From assembly GCA_036785375.1 (NCBI GenBank), contig JAWMAR010000181.1:1-64000 (forward strand): a DNA stretch of 64,000 nt, read 5' to 3'. Both the position numbers and the translations under genes were made by a program. Origin of the DNA: Leucoraja ocellata (Eukaryota). Shown here piece by piece: positions 11,498 to 24,799 of this stretch (positions within the stretch are counted from its first letter, which is position 1; each line of letters opens with the position of its first letter). Below the pieces are notes generated by a model. It did no database searches, was not told the DNA's origin, and saw only the letters and a list, made by a program, of their open reading frames with translations.

Positions 11498-12283
11498 TTG
11501 AACCATTGAGATTCAAACAAAATTTGGTTTCTGCAGTCATACAAACAAGAAAAAGAACCAAGACACACACCAACATAATTTACACAAACATCCATCACAG
11601 CGAATCTCCTCCTCACTGTGATGGAAGGCAAAGTCTTATCTCTTCCCTGCACTCCCCATTCTTCTCCCGATGTCAAAGTCAAAGACCCCGGCGGGCGATG
11701 GTGAAGTGATGGGTGATGGCCGTGCTCCGGGTCTTGATGTTGGAGCCCCCGGCGGGTGCTAGCAAGTCCTGCGGCCATTAAAGCCACGCTGGGTGATGTA
11801 AAGCCCCGCTCCAGGTCAATTTCAACCCCAAAACTCGGGCAGGAGAAGTTGCCGTTGCGGAAGCTCCGAAAAGCGGTCTCCCAGCAGGGACCCGCGAGCT
11901 CCCGATGTCACCGTCCACCAGACCTGCGGCTGAAGCCTCCGAATCTCCGGGGTTGAGCCGCAGCCGCGCCGCCACCATAGCTCCTCCCACTCCGAACTCG
12001 GTCAGCTCCGATGGTAAGTAGTCCGCAGGCTCCGCAACTGGAGCCCCAGGTCGTCCCGGTTGGAGGCCGCACCACGGTGCTAGGCCCCAACGACAACGGA
12101 GACCTGACAGGGAAAAGGTCGGGTCCTCCTTACAGGGAAAATATTTTTTAAGTTTCCCCGCCCCCCCACACACATACCCAGTTAAAAATACACTATATAC
12201 TACACTCAAACAAAACAAGAAAATAAAAAATGTCTGACAGTCTGCAGAGGCTGCTGCGATGTTGTTCGCACAGCCCACCATTG
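11498..12283 (-). mobile_element. GC-rich non-autonomous retroposon (copy 3; its tail is displaced to about 10858-10897)
   Basis: Reverse-complement homology to copies 1 and 2; tail remnant TACAATTTATTTG at about 10885-10897. Confidence 0.75.
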
Positions 12284-12949
12284 CATTCATCCATGCAAGG
12301 GGATTTTATTCTATCACATCTGATTTGTGCCTTGTAGATGGTGAAAATGCTTTGAGGTGACTCATTCATGAGAGAATACGCAGCCTCTGGTCTGCTGTGG
12401 CAGCCATTGCATTTATATAGCTAGCACAAGTCAGCTCGTCAATGGTGACCCTCAGGATGTTGATTGCGAAGGACTCAGTCAATGGTAATACTACTAAATG
12501 TTAAGGGTAGGTAGTTTTGCTGGCTTTACCTTGCACTAAACGTTATTCCCTTATCATGTATCTATACACTGTGAATGGCTCAATTGTAACCACGTGTTGT
12601 CTTTCTGCTGACTGGATAGCACACAACAAAAGCTTTTCACTGTACCTCGGTACACGTGACAATAAACTAAGCTGAACAAGACTCTCTCTTGTTGGAGATG
12701 GTCATAGTCGTGTGGCGCAAATATTACCTGCCACTTATCAGCACATGCATCTCTGTTGTCCAGGCACTGTCTGTGAGGAGGACAGCAAGATGACCTGGGC
12801 TTGGAGTAACTTTCCATGTCCATGTCTGGTGCCCAGGCTGATGCATGATACACCTCCTCCAGTTGTATTCTTACTCTGTTTGAATGTAATGACAATGGTG
12901 CACGTGAGTGACTTGCCTTAGTATTTCAGAGGGTTAATTCTCTGCCATC

Positions 12950-13125
12950 CATCTACACAAGGGAAAATTTACAGTAACCAATTAACATCCTAATCAACAT
13001 ATCATTGGAATGTGTTAAGAGACTGAAGCATCAGGTGGAAACCCATGTGGTCACAGGAAGACATGCAAACTCCACACAGACAGGGTAGGAAATCAGTGTA
13101 GAACAAGAATCATTGGAGCTGTGTC
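12950..13125 (-). mobile_element. Diverged V-SINE fragment
   Basis: GGAAACCCATGTGGTCACAGGAAGACATGCAAACTCCACACAGAC is the reverse complement of the V-domain core. Confidence 0.7.
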
Positions 13126-13199
13126 AAGGCTGTGCATTCCACAGTTAGTTAAAGGGTGATACAGCATGGAAACAGTTTCTTCAGCCCTAGACTATGATG

Positions 13200-13533
13200 A
13201 AGACTGTCTACAACTACCCTTGGCTTCCTTCAACTACCCTCGATTACCTAGGACTAACATGCCGACCTACTACGACCTATTACGACTAAACCTACGAGTA
13301 AAAAAAGTATCGATTTTTTCCATGGCGACCTTTTTTTACTCGTGGGCATTTTTTAACATATTGAGAAAACCGCCACGATCTAGCTGAGGCCTCGAGTACG
13401 CAGAGACCACTCTCGAGCGTGAAGGAGAGTTACAAAGACCTTCTACGACCTCGTGTCGACCATGCTGCGAGTATGAATCAAGGGCAAACTAGCCAGAACT
13501 CGCGGATTAGGTCGCCCAAGTGGGACAGGCTCT
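13200..13533. mobile_element. Harbinger/PIF-type MITE fragment (one TIR)
   Basis: Ends CAAGTGGGACAGGCTCT followed by TAA. Internal similarity to 365-576 and 46878-47679. Confidence 0.65.
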
Positions 13534-14699
13534 TAACTCTTCTCTGCACCCTTTCCAGCTAGTAACTCCTTGGGAAGTCCCTTGGGGCTCAGGATGTCTT
13601 ACAGTTAATATACAAAATTGTTGCACGTCAGGTTTAAATTGTTGAATGTTACAGTACATCTCATATCAAAGTTGATCTTCACCATGATTTCCACTATAAA
13701 ACAGATCAGGTTGTGAAACTGATTGAATGCAAAGAAATAGCTGCCAAGTAGCCGAACATAGAATATATATATATATGGAAATGCAATTCCAAATAGTTTC
13801 ATTTAGGATAAGTTGAGCCAGATTTCACTGACTTATGCCAGCTGTTCCTTTCAAACCTTCCGTTCAACCATTGAACCTGAGGTAGGATCCTGACTTTTGC
13901 AAGCAAGCTATGAAGTACAGAGGTTCAATGCATACCAACTGATTAAAAGGGTCAAACCTGTCACTTTGTACCACTGCTGGACTCCATCAGGAGTTCTGTG
14001 CTGGGTCAGAGTCTTTTTGACATTTCCCAGAATTGCATTGGGGATCTGAACTCGGTTCCCCTTGGGTCTAATGGGGATTGTTTGGCAAAGATTTAGGAGG
14101 CAAATGTTTTGAATTATTTATGCTCTTTTTATGCATTTTAATTACTGAAATTTATTACTAATCTTTACAAAATATTTTTCCAATTAGTTACTTCATTTTA
14201 ATAGCTTTTAAACATCGCCGTATGCCAGGAACATTAAAACCAATCAGTAACATATTTTAAAGTCAACAAGGGCCCAACCCCCAGCATTGGAAGTTGTCAA
14301 AGGATCTTATGGTTGCTTCAGAGGTGAAGCCAGCAAGGCAGACCTTCCAAATCCATGCGCAATCAATGGCAGTCACAAGCAGGGTACTCGGCCAGCACAT
14401 TCGAACAAAAGTGGTATTACTCTGCAATATTTCAACAATGGCTGAATTGTAATTCTTGTGCCAAAACTAATCATTAAGTCAAGTTAAGTGGTAGGTCTAT
14501 GGAAGAAGCTATTAGAGGAGGTAGTTGAGGCAGGTACTATCACAATGTTTAAGAAACATTTGGACAGGTTCATGGATAGAATAGGTTTAGAGGGATATGG
14601 GCCAAACGCAGGCAGGTGGGGCTAGTGTTAATGGAGCATGTTTGTCGGCGTGGATAAATCGGGATGAAGGGACTGCTGCTGCACTGTGTGACTCTACGA

Positions 14700-15260
14700 G
14701 TGTCATATTTATTGCCATATGCACAATAATAGAAGGTGCAGGTACAATGAAATACATACATTTAACATATTCTATGAAACAGTGAAAAGAAAAAAAGAAT
14801 GTGCAAAAATATAGACATACACAATTAGAAAACACTGCAGTGTAAGAGATGGTGCGTACTATTATATTACAGAGCTAGGATTAGGATTGTGTAGGTCGGT
14901 TCAAGAACTGCTAGTCATAGATAAGTAGGTGTTGCCATAGGACTTCTGTACCTCCTGCTCGGCAGAAGCAGTGAGAAGAGGGCATGGCTACATGGTGGGG
15001 GTCCTTGATGATATATGCCATCTTCTTGAGGTCTAATATGATTGTTTTGATGGTGGGGAGTGTTCTGGCCATGATGGATTGGGCTGAATCCACTGCTCCC
15101 AGCAGCCTCCTGCTTTCCTGGTTATTGGAACAGCCATACCAGGTAATAATGAAATTAGTCAGGATACAGTCCACAGTGCAGAGGTTTGGTAGAGTATTCT
15201 GTGATGTGCAAAAATCCTTTAAACTTCTAAGAAAGTAGAGGCATGTTAAAAGGTTGTGAT
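14700..15260 (-). mobile_element. Old Rex1/Babar LINE 3' fragment
   Basis: ORF 14911..15282 has LYFLRSLK...ILT..IT.WYG...IIKDPHH; 3' motif GCAATAAA..TGAC. Confidence 0.75.
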
Positions 15261-16114
15261 GTGATTTTGAATGCAGAATCATTGAATCATTGAAGTAGCT
15301 TATTCAAGGTATAATGCATCAGAAAAACATACCATATGTATTGGAAGAAGGAGGAGAGCTTGCATGGTGCATTTATTTCTTGTTATTCTTAAAACATACA
15401 TAAAAATTTGTGATTGAACAAATGCAAAAGTGGAAAAGAGGCTGGATCGAAACGTTCCCAATATCAAAACAATTAGTGATCTATTTGTTATTAGAAACCA
15501 TAAAGCTTTAATGAAGTACAAAACCTGCTTCAACAACCATCGCTAGCCATAAGGAAGGACATTTGCTTATTTGCTCTCCGCTTCCAGAATGAAGGATAGG
15601 TTCACACAATTAAAATAATTCTCGTCACTTGAGTTAATGGTAAGTGTTTGAAAAATATTATTAGGCTTTGTGGAAGGCTATTATAAGACAAGGCCTCAGA
15701 AAATCTAGTTTACATTTTAATGAAAGCAAACTATATATTTATGAAGCAAAATATGTATTTATGGGTACAAAAGCATCAGGAGAAAAGATTTTCAGTTGGG
15801 CCACATGGGAAGTAATCTGCAAAGGAGATTATGTAGATTTCACCAAATTCCATTCATTGATGTAAGCAGATTCTACATCATTTAGCATCTTCATTGTAGC
15901 AGCAGAAAAATAAGTCTTATCTATAACTTCACAGCAATTATACTCGGGACATGGTCAATTACTTGCTTGCATTTGGCCCATATTCCTCCAAACCTTTCCT
16001 ATCCATGTACCTGTCCAAGCCCCTTTTAAATGTCATGATGTCACCTCCATCCACCACTTCCTGTGAGAGCTCATTTCCTACATGCAATTTTCTCTGTGAG
16101 AAAGTTGCTTCTTA

Positions 16115-16352
16115 TGCCCCTGTCCCACTTAGGAAACCTGAACGGAAACCTCTCTGGAGACTTTGCGCCCCACCCAAGGTTTCCGTGCGGTTCCCGGAGG
16201 TTCCCAGAGGTTTTTGTCAGTCTCCCTACCTGCTTCCACTACCTGCAACCTCCGGCAACCACCTGCAACCTCCGGGAACCACACGGAAACCTTGGGTGGG
16301 GCGCAAAGTCTCCAGAGGTTTCCGTTCAGGTTTCCTAAGTGGGACAGGGGCA
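16115..16352. mobile_element. Harbinger/PIF-type fold-back MITE with TTA TSD
   Basis: Long TIRs (about 85 bp) starting TGCCCCTGTCCCACTTAGGAAACC; TTA at 16112-16114 and 16353-16355. Confidence 0.92.
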
Positions 16353-16978
16353 TTAGGCCCCTTTCAAATCTTTATCACCACTCGGCTTCTAGGTTCTCCT
16401 TATAACTCAAACTTTCCAGACCCAGTAACATCCTCATAAATCGTTTATGTATCCTTTCCAATTCAGTAGTTATTTTTCTCATTGTTATATATGAGGCATG
16501 GAAATGACCAAATTACCTTGCATGTGAATCCCAGGAAACACATATTAACCTTTGAATAGAGGCACTGCTGAATTACACTGTGGTGTAACTTCTCCACTTA
16601 TGATGACAGGTTTCATAAACCTGACCTGAAACTTCATCTCCATTTCTCGCTCTGCAAATTCTGCATGACTTGCTGAATATTTCCAAACTATGATTAATTT
16701 ACTGGATTTATTTCAGAGTTCCAGTAACTGCAAGTCTTGTTTTTTTCTTTTTGTATTAAGTTGGTTGCATAAAAATTCCTGGCTTGCTGGTCATTTAAAT
16801 TTGGTGTAGACCACAGTGTCTTGTCTATGGTCTTTGTTTGTTCTTTTGCACTATGTATTGTTGGTGAGATTTGTGATTTGTGATGTGGTATGGATGCACT
16901 TTATTACGGTGATCTGTGTTATTAGTGGTATGTAACTAAAGCAGTGTACCATCATGTAACGAACCCAAATACCACCAA

Positions 16979-17072
16979 GTTTGAAGAAGGGTTTCGGCCT
17001 GAAACATTGCCTATTTCCTTCGCTCCATAGATGCTGCTGCACCCGCTGAGTTTCTCCAGCATTTTTGTGTAA
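16979..17072 (+). mobile_element. 94-bp Penelope terminal-repeat insertion with hammerhead-like core and 14-bp TSD
   Basis: CCAAATACCACCAA at 16965-16978 and 17073-17086; the insert matches about 45994-46088. Confidence 0.85.
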
Positions 17073-17109
17073 CCAAATACCACCAACCCATGTTGCGTGG
17101 CAAATAAAG

Positions 17110-17262
17110 NNNNNNNNNNNNNNNNNNNNNNNNNNNNNNNNNNNNNNNNNNNNNNNNNNNNNNNNNNNNNNNNNNNNNNNNNNNNNNNNNNNNNNNNNNN
17201 NNNNNNNNNNNNNNNNNNNNNNNNNNNNNNNNNNNNNNNNNNNNNNNNNNNNNNNNNNNNNN
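17110..17262. other. N gap
   Basis: Run of N. Confidence 1.
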
Positions 17263-18069
17263 TGGGATCCATTGACCTCAGTGTGACTGATCTCAATGAA
17301 TTTCAACACAGGTTTGCATTTCTTGCACTATCAAGTGGAATTGATGATTTCATTGAAGTGTTAAAAACAATAAAGGGCTTCACGAAAAAACTATTCAGAA
17401 ACTATTTCCTTTTTTGAAATAATCCAAGAAAATGAGCATCATAATAAAATGCTATTATTGGCAGGCTATTTTGCACAGTATTTCCACCCACAAAGGTTAG
17501 CCACAGAGTCATACAGCATTGAAACAGCCCTTCGGGCCAACATGTCCATGCAAACCATGTTGCCTCATCTACACCAGTCCCACATCCACATTTGTCCCAT
17601 ATCCCTCTAAACCTGCTCCTATCCATGCACTTGTCCAAATTTCTTTCAATTTTGTCATAGTACCTGTGTACTACGACAATATTCTGGAATGTTTGGCAAA
17701 AGGGAAGAATGCTGTTTGACGTGAATGTTTCAAACTGAGTTTAAAGCGCTTCCTATGTCAAGGTATGCAGAGAGGGTGATTAAGGCATGCCAATTGCATT
17801 CATATAGACAGAAGCTCTGTAACTGATTGTTAGGCAGGCCTGAGAAGCCAAATCAACTACTCAAGTTTCAAAATTTTCACTGGGTATAGTGTGATTTCCT
17901 GATGCGATGTAAGGAACTGTATAAAAGATAATTCCAGTATACATTTGGCCATATGTCAAATTAAACATGGCCTTCTTAATGCATCAGAGAAAGTTTTGCC
18001 TGCTAGTGGCAAACTATGTTGTTACTAAACACAATTAGCTTTTGCTTTATTGCTAATGCCCTGGTTTTT

Positions 18070-18372
18070 AGCATTATCACAGGAGATTCTCTTCCTTCAA
18101 TCCGGGACATCGCGTGCAACTGTTACTTGTCCAAGGCCAACAGCATTATAAAAGACGCCACACATCTCCAACATGGACTGTTCACTCTGCTGCCCTCGGG
18201 CAAGAGGTATCGCAGTATAAGGAGCAGAACGGCCAGGTTTAGCAACAGCTCCTTCCCCCGAGCCATCAGACTCTTGTTTTCCATCTAATGTGCCGCCACT
18301 ATTATCTATTTTATCTTTTTATCTATTTTATCCTTTTGTTATTTTATGTTGCACGGTGAGCCAGATGCAACA
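18070..18372 (+). mobile_element. Rex1/Babar LINE 3' fragment; 3'UTR resumes at about 19427-19500 after a CR1 insertion
   Basis: IIKDATHLQHGLFTLLPSGKRYRSIRSRTARFSNSSFPRAIRLL; the tail GAATGACGATAAA(TTGA)n lies beyond the CR1. Confidence 0.85.
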
Positions 18373-19425
18373 ACATAGAAACATAGAAACATAGAAATTA
18401 GGTGCAGGAGTAGGCCATTCGGCCCTTCGAGCCTGCACTGCCATTCAATATGATCATGGCTGATCATCCAACTCAGTATCCCGTACCTGCCTTCTCTCCA
18501 TACCCCGTGATCCCCTTAGCCACAAGGGCCACATCGAACTCCCTCTTAAATATAGCCAATGAACTGGCCTCAACTACCCTCTGTGGCAGAGAGTTCCAGA
18601 GATTCACCACTGTGTGAAAAAAGTTCTTCTCATCTCGGTTTTAAAGGATTTCCCCCTTATCCTTAAGCTGTGACCCCCTTGTCCTGGACTTCCCTAACAT
18701 CGGGAACAATCTTCCTGCATCTAGCCTGTCCAACCCCTTAAGAATGTTGTACGTTTCTATAAGATCCCCTCTCAATCTCCTAAATTCTAGAGAGTATAAA
18801 CCAAGTCTATCCAGTCTTTCTTCATAAGACAGTCCTGACATCCCAGGAATCAGTCTGGTGAACCGTCTCTGCACTCCCTCTATGGCAATAATGTCCTTCC
18901 TCAGATTTGGAGACCAAAACTGTATGCAATACTCCAGGTGTGATCTCACCAAGACCCTGTACAACTGCAGTAGAACCTCCCTGCTCCTATACTCAAATCC
19001 TTTTCCATTGAAAGTTAACATACCATTCGCTTTCTTTACTGCCTGCTGCACCTGCATGCCTACCTTCAATGACTGGTGTACCATGACACCCAGGTCTCGC
19101 TGCATCTCCCCCTTTCCCAATCGGCCATCATTTAGATAATAGTCTGCTTTCCCGTTGTTGCCACCAAAATGGATAACCTCACATTTATCCACATTATACT
19201 GCATCTGCCAAACATTTGCCCACTCACCCAGCCTATCCAAGTCACCTTGCAGTCTCCTAGCATCCTCCTCACAGCTAACACTGCCCACCAGCTTACTGTC
19301 ATCCGCAAACTTGGAGATATTGCCTTCAATTCCCTCATCCAGATCATTAATATATATTGTAAATAGCTGGGGTCCCAGCACTGAGCCTTGCGGTACCCCA
19401 CTAGTCACTGCCTGCCATTGTGAAA
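18373..19425 (-). mobile_element. CR1 LINE 3' 1-kb fragment with RT C-half
   Basis: [21 protein letters not shown]...FADD...; (CATAGAAA)n tail. Confidence 0.95.
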
Positions 19426-20429
19426 ACATTTTGTTCAGACTTGCCTTTGTTGGTGTATTTTTGAATGACGATAAAGTATTTGATTGATTGATTGATTGAT
19501 AAAAAATGTCACTTTCCTTCCTGATAAATAAAAATATTAATACAAAATTGTCACGTGGAATGAGAATTGATTGCCCCATTAAGGACAGCAAAAAAAGCAA
19601 AGGTAAGTATGAAGAGCAGTATTCACCCGGTTTTCTTTGTAATTCTCCTTACAAAGGTCATAGCATAAAAATTGTTTCCAAAACTTAGCAGTTCCTGATT
19701 CAGTCCAGATGAATGAATGTCAAGCTCCCACAAGTTACACCTGCTATCAGTGTGTTACCAGGAATTGATGGCAAGAACACTTCCATAGGGGTTGGTTTTG
19801 ACATCTTAGCTCCACAGCCAAACCTAAGGAATTCCAAGAGAGGATTTTACATAATGTGGCCTTTGTCCCAAGGCAATAACACTTTTAATTGTTTTTAATT
19901 TACAACAGAATTTATAACATTTTTATTTTCAATATTTGTAATGCTTTTATATAAATAGTACTAACTTGAACCCTTGTGGAAATTGTGTCTGCTTCCTGCA
20001 GAAGCCCAGAAGATTAAGATGTTCAAAAACAAGGTCGCAATGAGATATCCAGCATCTTTGGAGCAGTCACTTTAAGCTCAGCAAGTTCCATGAATAATAA
20101 TCAGAGACAGTAATTTGGACAAATATGGATTAATGAGAGAAAACCAACATGGATTGTTAATGGCAAATCATGTCTAACTGACAAAGTAATAACGGGAGAT
20201 GATAATGGAGTAGTAGTTGATGTCTTAAACGGTATATTTACTGCCAAAAGGTGTTTGAACAAATTCCACAAAAATAGGCTTTTCATCAGGATTGGAAACA
20301 ACAGAATAAAAATGGCTATGGTTGCACTAATGATTTGGACTTCGGTGTATAGGTACAATTTCTAAATTTGCTAATGACACAGACTTGTCCTAAACAAAGC
20401 TAGCCATGGAATCATCAGGGAAACAGGCC

Positions 20430-21070
20430 GTTCAGCCAAACATGTGCACACCAGACAGTCGGCACCCATCCATAATGATCCCCTCTTCCACGACCGATTC
20501 TAGTGGAACACTACATGTCACAGGCGTTCTGTTACAAAAATAACTCTCTACCAACAATCTCTGGTTCCAATGACCAAGCCAATGTTGGATCCAATTTACC
20601 CTGGAATTCCATAGGCCCTGACCATTCCAATGAGGCACCTTATTATGGGCCTTACTGAAGTCCATGTAAACCACATCTACTGCACTGTCTTCACCAATAT
20701 TATTTGTGACTGCTTGAAATATTGAGTCATATTAGTCAGATAGGATCTACCCTTGACAAAGCAGACTAGTTCTGATTCGTCCCTGCCTTTCTAAGTGATT
20801 GTTAATCCTGTCCCTCGGATTTTTTTCCAATAACTTTCCTGCGACTGATGTTTTGTTGTCGGGTCTGTGAATAGTAGGGTTTTTCCTGGTGCCCTTCGTC
20901 AAAAGAGTGACCACATTTGTCATTCGCCAGCTATCTGGTATTTCCCTTGTGGCCAGCAAAGGTTTATAAATCTCAGAATTCCCCAGCCCCAGCAAACTGT
21001 TCTCTTGCCTCCCATAGCACCTTGAGATAAATCCCACCCAGCCCTGGGGATCTATCCACTTTTAAGGCAA
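20430..21070 (-). mobile_element. Old, decayed CR1 ORF2 fragment
   Basis: VYMDFSKA; IPDSWRMTNVVTLLTKG...RP..TSVAGKLLE. Confidence 0.75.
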
Positions 21071-21619
21071 CTGGATTAACAGGTGCCTCCTTTTAACCTA
21101 TGGGGTTTTGCATTAGAATTCATTTTCCCCTTCCATGAATCTCCAAGCTACAAAGCTGCAGCCATAATGAACAGCGAGGTGGATGGCAATAGACTTCAAA
21201 GGACATGTTGGCTAGTGTGGGCAATTTGGGCCGAAGGGCCTTTTTCCACACTAAATCACTGTGCCAATGACTCTAAAGAGAAATAGGCAAGCTGGGAGAA
21301 TGGGTGGATTAGAGGCTGATGAAATTTAATCTTTGAGAGATGTGAAGAGAGTGTAATAGTAACTAAGAGGCACAATTGTAAGAGGTTCAAGAGTAGAGAA
21401 ATCTAAGGTTAAATTTGTAAGGTGTCTTGAAGGTCGAGTTAATTGTTAAAGAAGGAAACTGAGTCTTGGGCTTTATAAATGAAAGCACAAAGTATAAAAG
21501 CAACAACATCATAGAATAGAAAATACTATTATGTTCTTTGGTTAATTTCCACTTATTTTCTTGCAGGAAATCAATCATCTCCACCCCATTGCAGACATTG
21601 GACTTTGTCTCTGAAAATA

Positions 21620-22420
21620 ATAGAAACATAGAAACTTAGAAAATAGGTGCAGGAGGAGGCCATTCGGCCCTTCGAGCCTGCACCGCCATTCAATATGATC
21701 ATGGCTGATCATCCAACGCAATGTCCCATCCCTGCCTTCTCTCCATACCCCCTGATCCCTTTAGCCACAAGGGCCACATCTAACTCCCTCTTAAAGATAG
21801 CCAATGAACTGGCCTCAACTACCTTCTGTGGCAGAGAATTCCACAGATTCACCACTCTCTGTGTAAAAAATGATTTTCTCATCTCGGTCCTAAAAGACTT
21901 CCCTCTTATCCTTAAACTGTGACCCCTTGTTCTGGACTTCCCCAACATCGGGAATAATCTTCCTGCATCTAGCCCGTCCAACCCATTAAGAATGTTGTAG
22001 GTTTCTATAAGATCCCCCCCAATCTTCTAAATTCTAGCGAGTACAAGCTGAGTCTATCCAGTCTTTCTTCATATGAAAGTCCTGCCATCCCAGGAATCAA
22101 TCTAGTGAACCTTCTCTGTACTTCCTCTATGGCAAGAATGTCTTTCCTCAGATTAGGAGACCAAAACTGTACGCAATACTTCAGGTGTGGTCTCACTAAA
22201 ACCCTGTACAACTGCAGTAGAACCTCCCTGCTCCTATACACAAATCCTTTTGCTATGAATACTAACATACCATTCGCTTTCTTCACTGCCTGCTGCACCT
22301 GCATGCCTACTTTCAATGACTAGTGTACCATGACACCCAGGTCTCGTTGTATCTCCCTTTTTCATAATCGGCCACCATTCAGATAATAGTCTGCTTTCCT
22401 GTTTTTGTCACCAAAGTGGC
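21620..22420 (-). mobile_element. CR1 LINE 3' fragment
   Basis: ORFs 22005..22316 and 21709..21981; tail present. Confidence 0.95.
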
Positions 22421-22774
22421 AATAATGTGCTGCAATGCTGAGAACTATTTTACACTCTATCTTTCCCCTTTGCTCTACCTAATGCACTTGAGTTTGGCGT
22501 GACTGTATTAATGTATAGTGTTATCTGATTTGTTGGATAGCATGCAAAATAAAGTGTTTCCTTGTACTTCAGTCCAAGTCATAATGATAAACTTAAACAT
22601 AAAGATAATTATCAGCCTAGCAAATGAAGAAATGTTGGAGAAATAGAAATTCCGAATTATTACTCATATCTATGTCATGGAAGTTTTTATTTTGGAATAT
22701 CCTTGAAAGAGTGTCACATAATGAAATTTGTTGATGCAAAAATACTTTCCGGTGAATGCCACAATTATGTTATT

Positions 22775-23100
22775 CTTGGGCGAGTCCAGAACCAGGGGCT
22801 TTATTCTAAGTCACAGTCTAAGAATAAAGGGGAGGTCATTTAAGACTGAGGTGAGAAAAAACATTTTCACCCAGAAAGTTGTGAATTTATGGAATTCCCT
22901 GCCACAGAGGGCAGTGGAGGCCAAGTCACTGGATGGATTTAAGAGAGAGTTAAATGGAGCTCTAGGGGCTAGTGGAGTCAAGGGATATGGGGAGAAGGCA
23001 GGCACGGGCTATTGATTGGGGACGATCAGCCATGATCACAATGAATGGCGATGCAGGGTCGAAGGGCCGAATGGCCTCCCCTACATCTATTTTCTACGTA
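22775..23100 (+). mobile_element. CR1 LINE 3' fragment
   Basis: FKTEVRKNIFTQKVVNLWNSLP; 3'UTR hairpin. Confidence 0.9.
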
Positions 23101-24799
23101 ACATGCGGGAGAATGGCAGTGTTTTCGTACACCTTGGGGTGAACCAGACCAGGCAGGGTGCAAGATGTGTAAAAATAATCAGGACTTTATGACACAAATT
23201 AGTATTAATAGCTAACCTGTCCTGAAATTCCCTTACTTGTGCAACACATATAAACAGCTCTCTGGCTTTGTCTGGTTGTTTTTCAACCAAGTAACAGTGT
23301 TGCCCAATATCAGCTGTAGTTTTAGATCCTTGAAAATGCTGTTCCCACAGGATATAGAAATTCAAGTACAAGAAAGCAGGTGGACAAGGGCATCTGAACT
23401 GTAGCAGGAAATCTAGCTATCAACTTCCACGGTCACATAATCCTCTAGTTCACAGCAGGAATAGCACAAGGGCAGGTCAACAGAACAAGCTGCCGTACTT
23501 TATACATCGCCAGGCAGCAGCTGGCCTCGAACAGAATCAATTGCTAACAGGTTTCAAAGACTTGCTTCAGCTTCAGCTTCTGCCCTACATTTAATCTGCT
23601 TCTCCTTTCAGAATCAATGGAAACCATGGGAATATAAAGATTAATTTATCAGGGAGGACCATCTCCTTTCAGCATTTCAGCAACACCTCAGCACAGAGAT
23701 TCAACAGCCTATCAACATGATACAGCAAGACCAAGAATCTAATTACCTATTGCAACTTTAGACAAACCCTGTCAGCAGTAACAAGAGTTAATAAGCTTTT
23801 TTGCCATGCTATTGAGATGTCAGTTAGTTTGCTGATAATTATCCAGCAGAAACTCTGGTAAAGTGGCTGGGAAAAGTAACACCCATTACTCAAAAAAGGA
23901 TTGCTACTTGTAAGATCATTTAGTTTTGTCTTGTTTATTGCCACGTGTCCAGCGGGGGAAAACCATTGTTGTGTGCTATCAAGACAGCAGAAAGACTCTA
24001 CATGATTACAATTAAGCTATCCACAGTGTGCAGGTATGCTGCAGATATGGCCCATGGAATTATGAAATATTAAACAAGTATTATAGAAGACCATAGTGCC
24101 CATGCCAGTCAAAATGGTGCTTCCCAGCTGGATTCTATCTTCCAGAAACAGGTCCAGAGCCTCACAGATCTTGATTAGTGCACATCCTAGGAATTGTTTA
24201 ATGTGGTTCCTGCCTCTACCAATCTTCAAGGATGAACCAGAACTCAACCAGGGGATAGATTTTTTCCCTCAAACTTCACTACATTCCTTTGGTCAATTAT
24301 TTGAAACCTACAACCTTCAGGTTTTGGCCAAGGGAAATGAATCTTTCCAATTTACACATTCTAGCCCGCTCACTATTTTTTATATATTCTCTCTTAACTC
24401 CTGAAAGCATCCAAAACAATCAATTTGCTGCAGGGCACGGGGCCAATTTTGGATCCAATTTGCTTTGCCTGTTGGATCCGTCTGACAATTGGACTTTGTC
24501 AAAAGCCTTGATGAAATTCAAATTAGTCTGACACAGTCTTAACAAATCCATATGTACTGGCCAATAATAATATGCACCTTTTTACATGAAGCTGTTAATC
24601 ATCCCACTGAATGGATTCCAATAATTTGCCCACCATTGATATTAAACTAAATGGCATATAATTACTAGCTTTATGTCAACTTATCTTTTCAAACAATGAT
24701 ATAATGCCAGTCCTCTGGCACTACTGCTGAGAGCAGAGAGTGGGTCAAATTTGCTGTCAGAACTGCAATATTTTTTCTATTGCATCTTTAATAGCTGAG

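Noticed and set aside
13605-13697. Minus-strand exon candidate (TTTTATAG|...|GTAAG)
   Set aside because: Stops in all frames, weak donor context and no partner exons recognised.
18641-19600. Intact standalone reverse transcriptase gene (retron/DGR-like)
   Set aside because: A 5'-truncated CR1 ORF2 whose N-terminus is read-through from flanking DNA; no accessory system.
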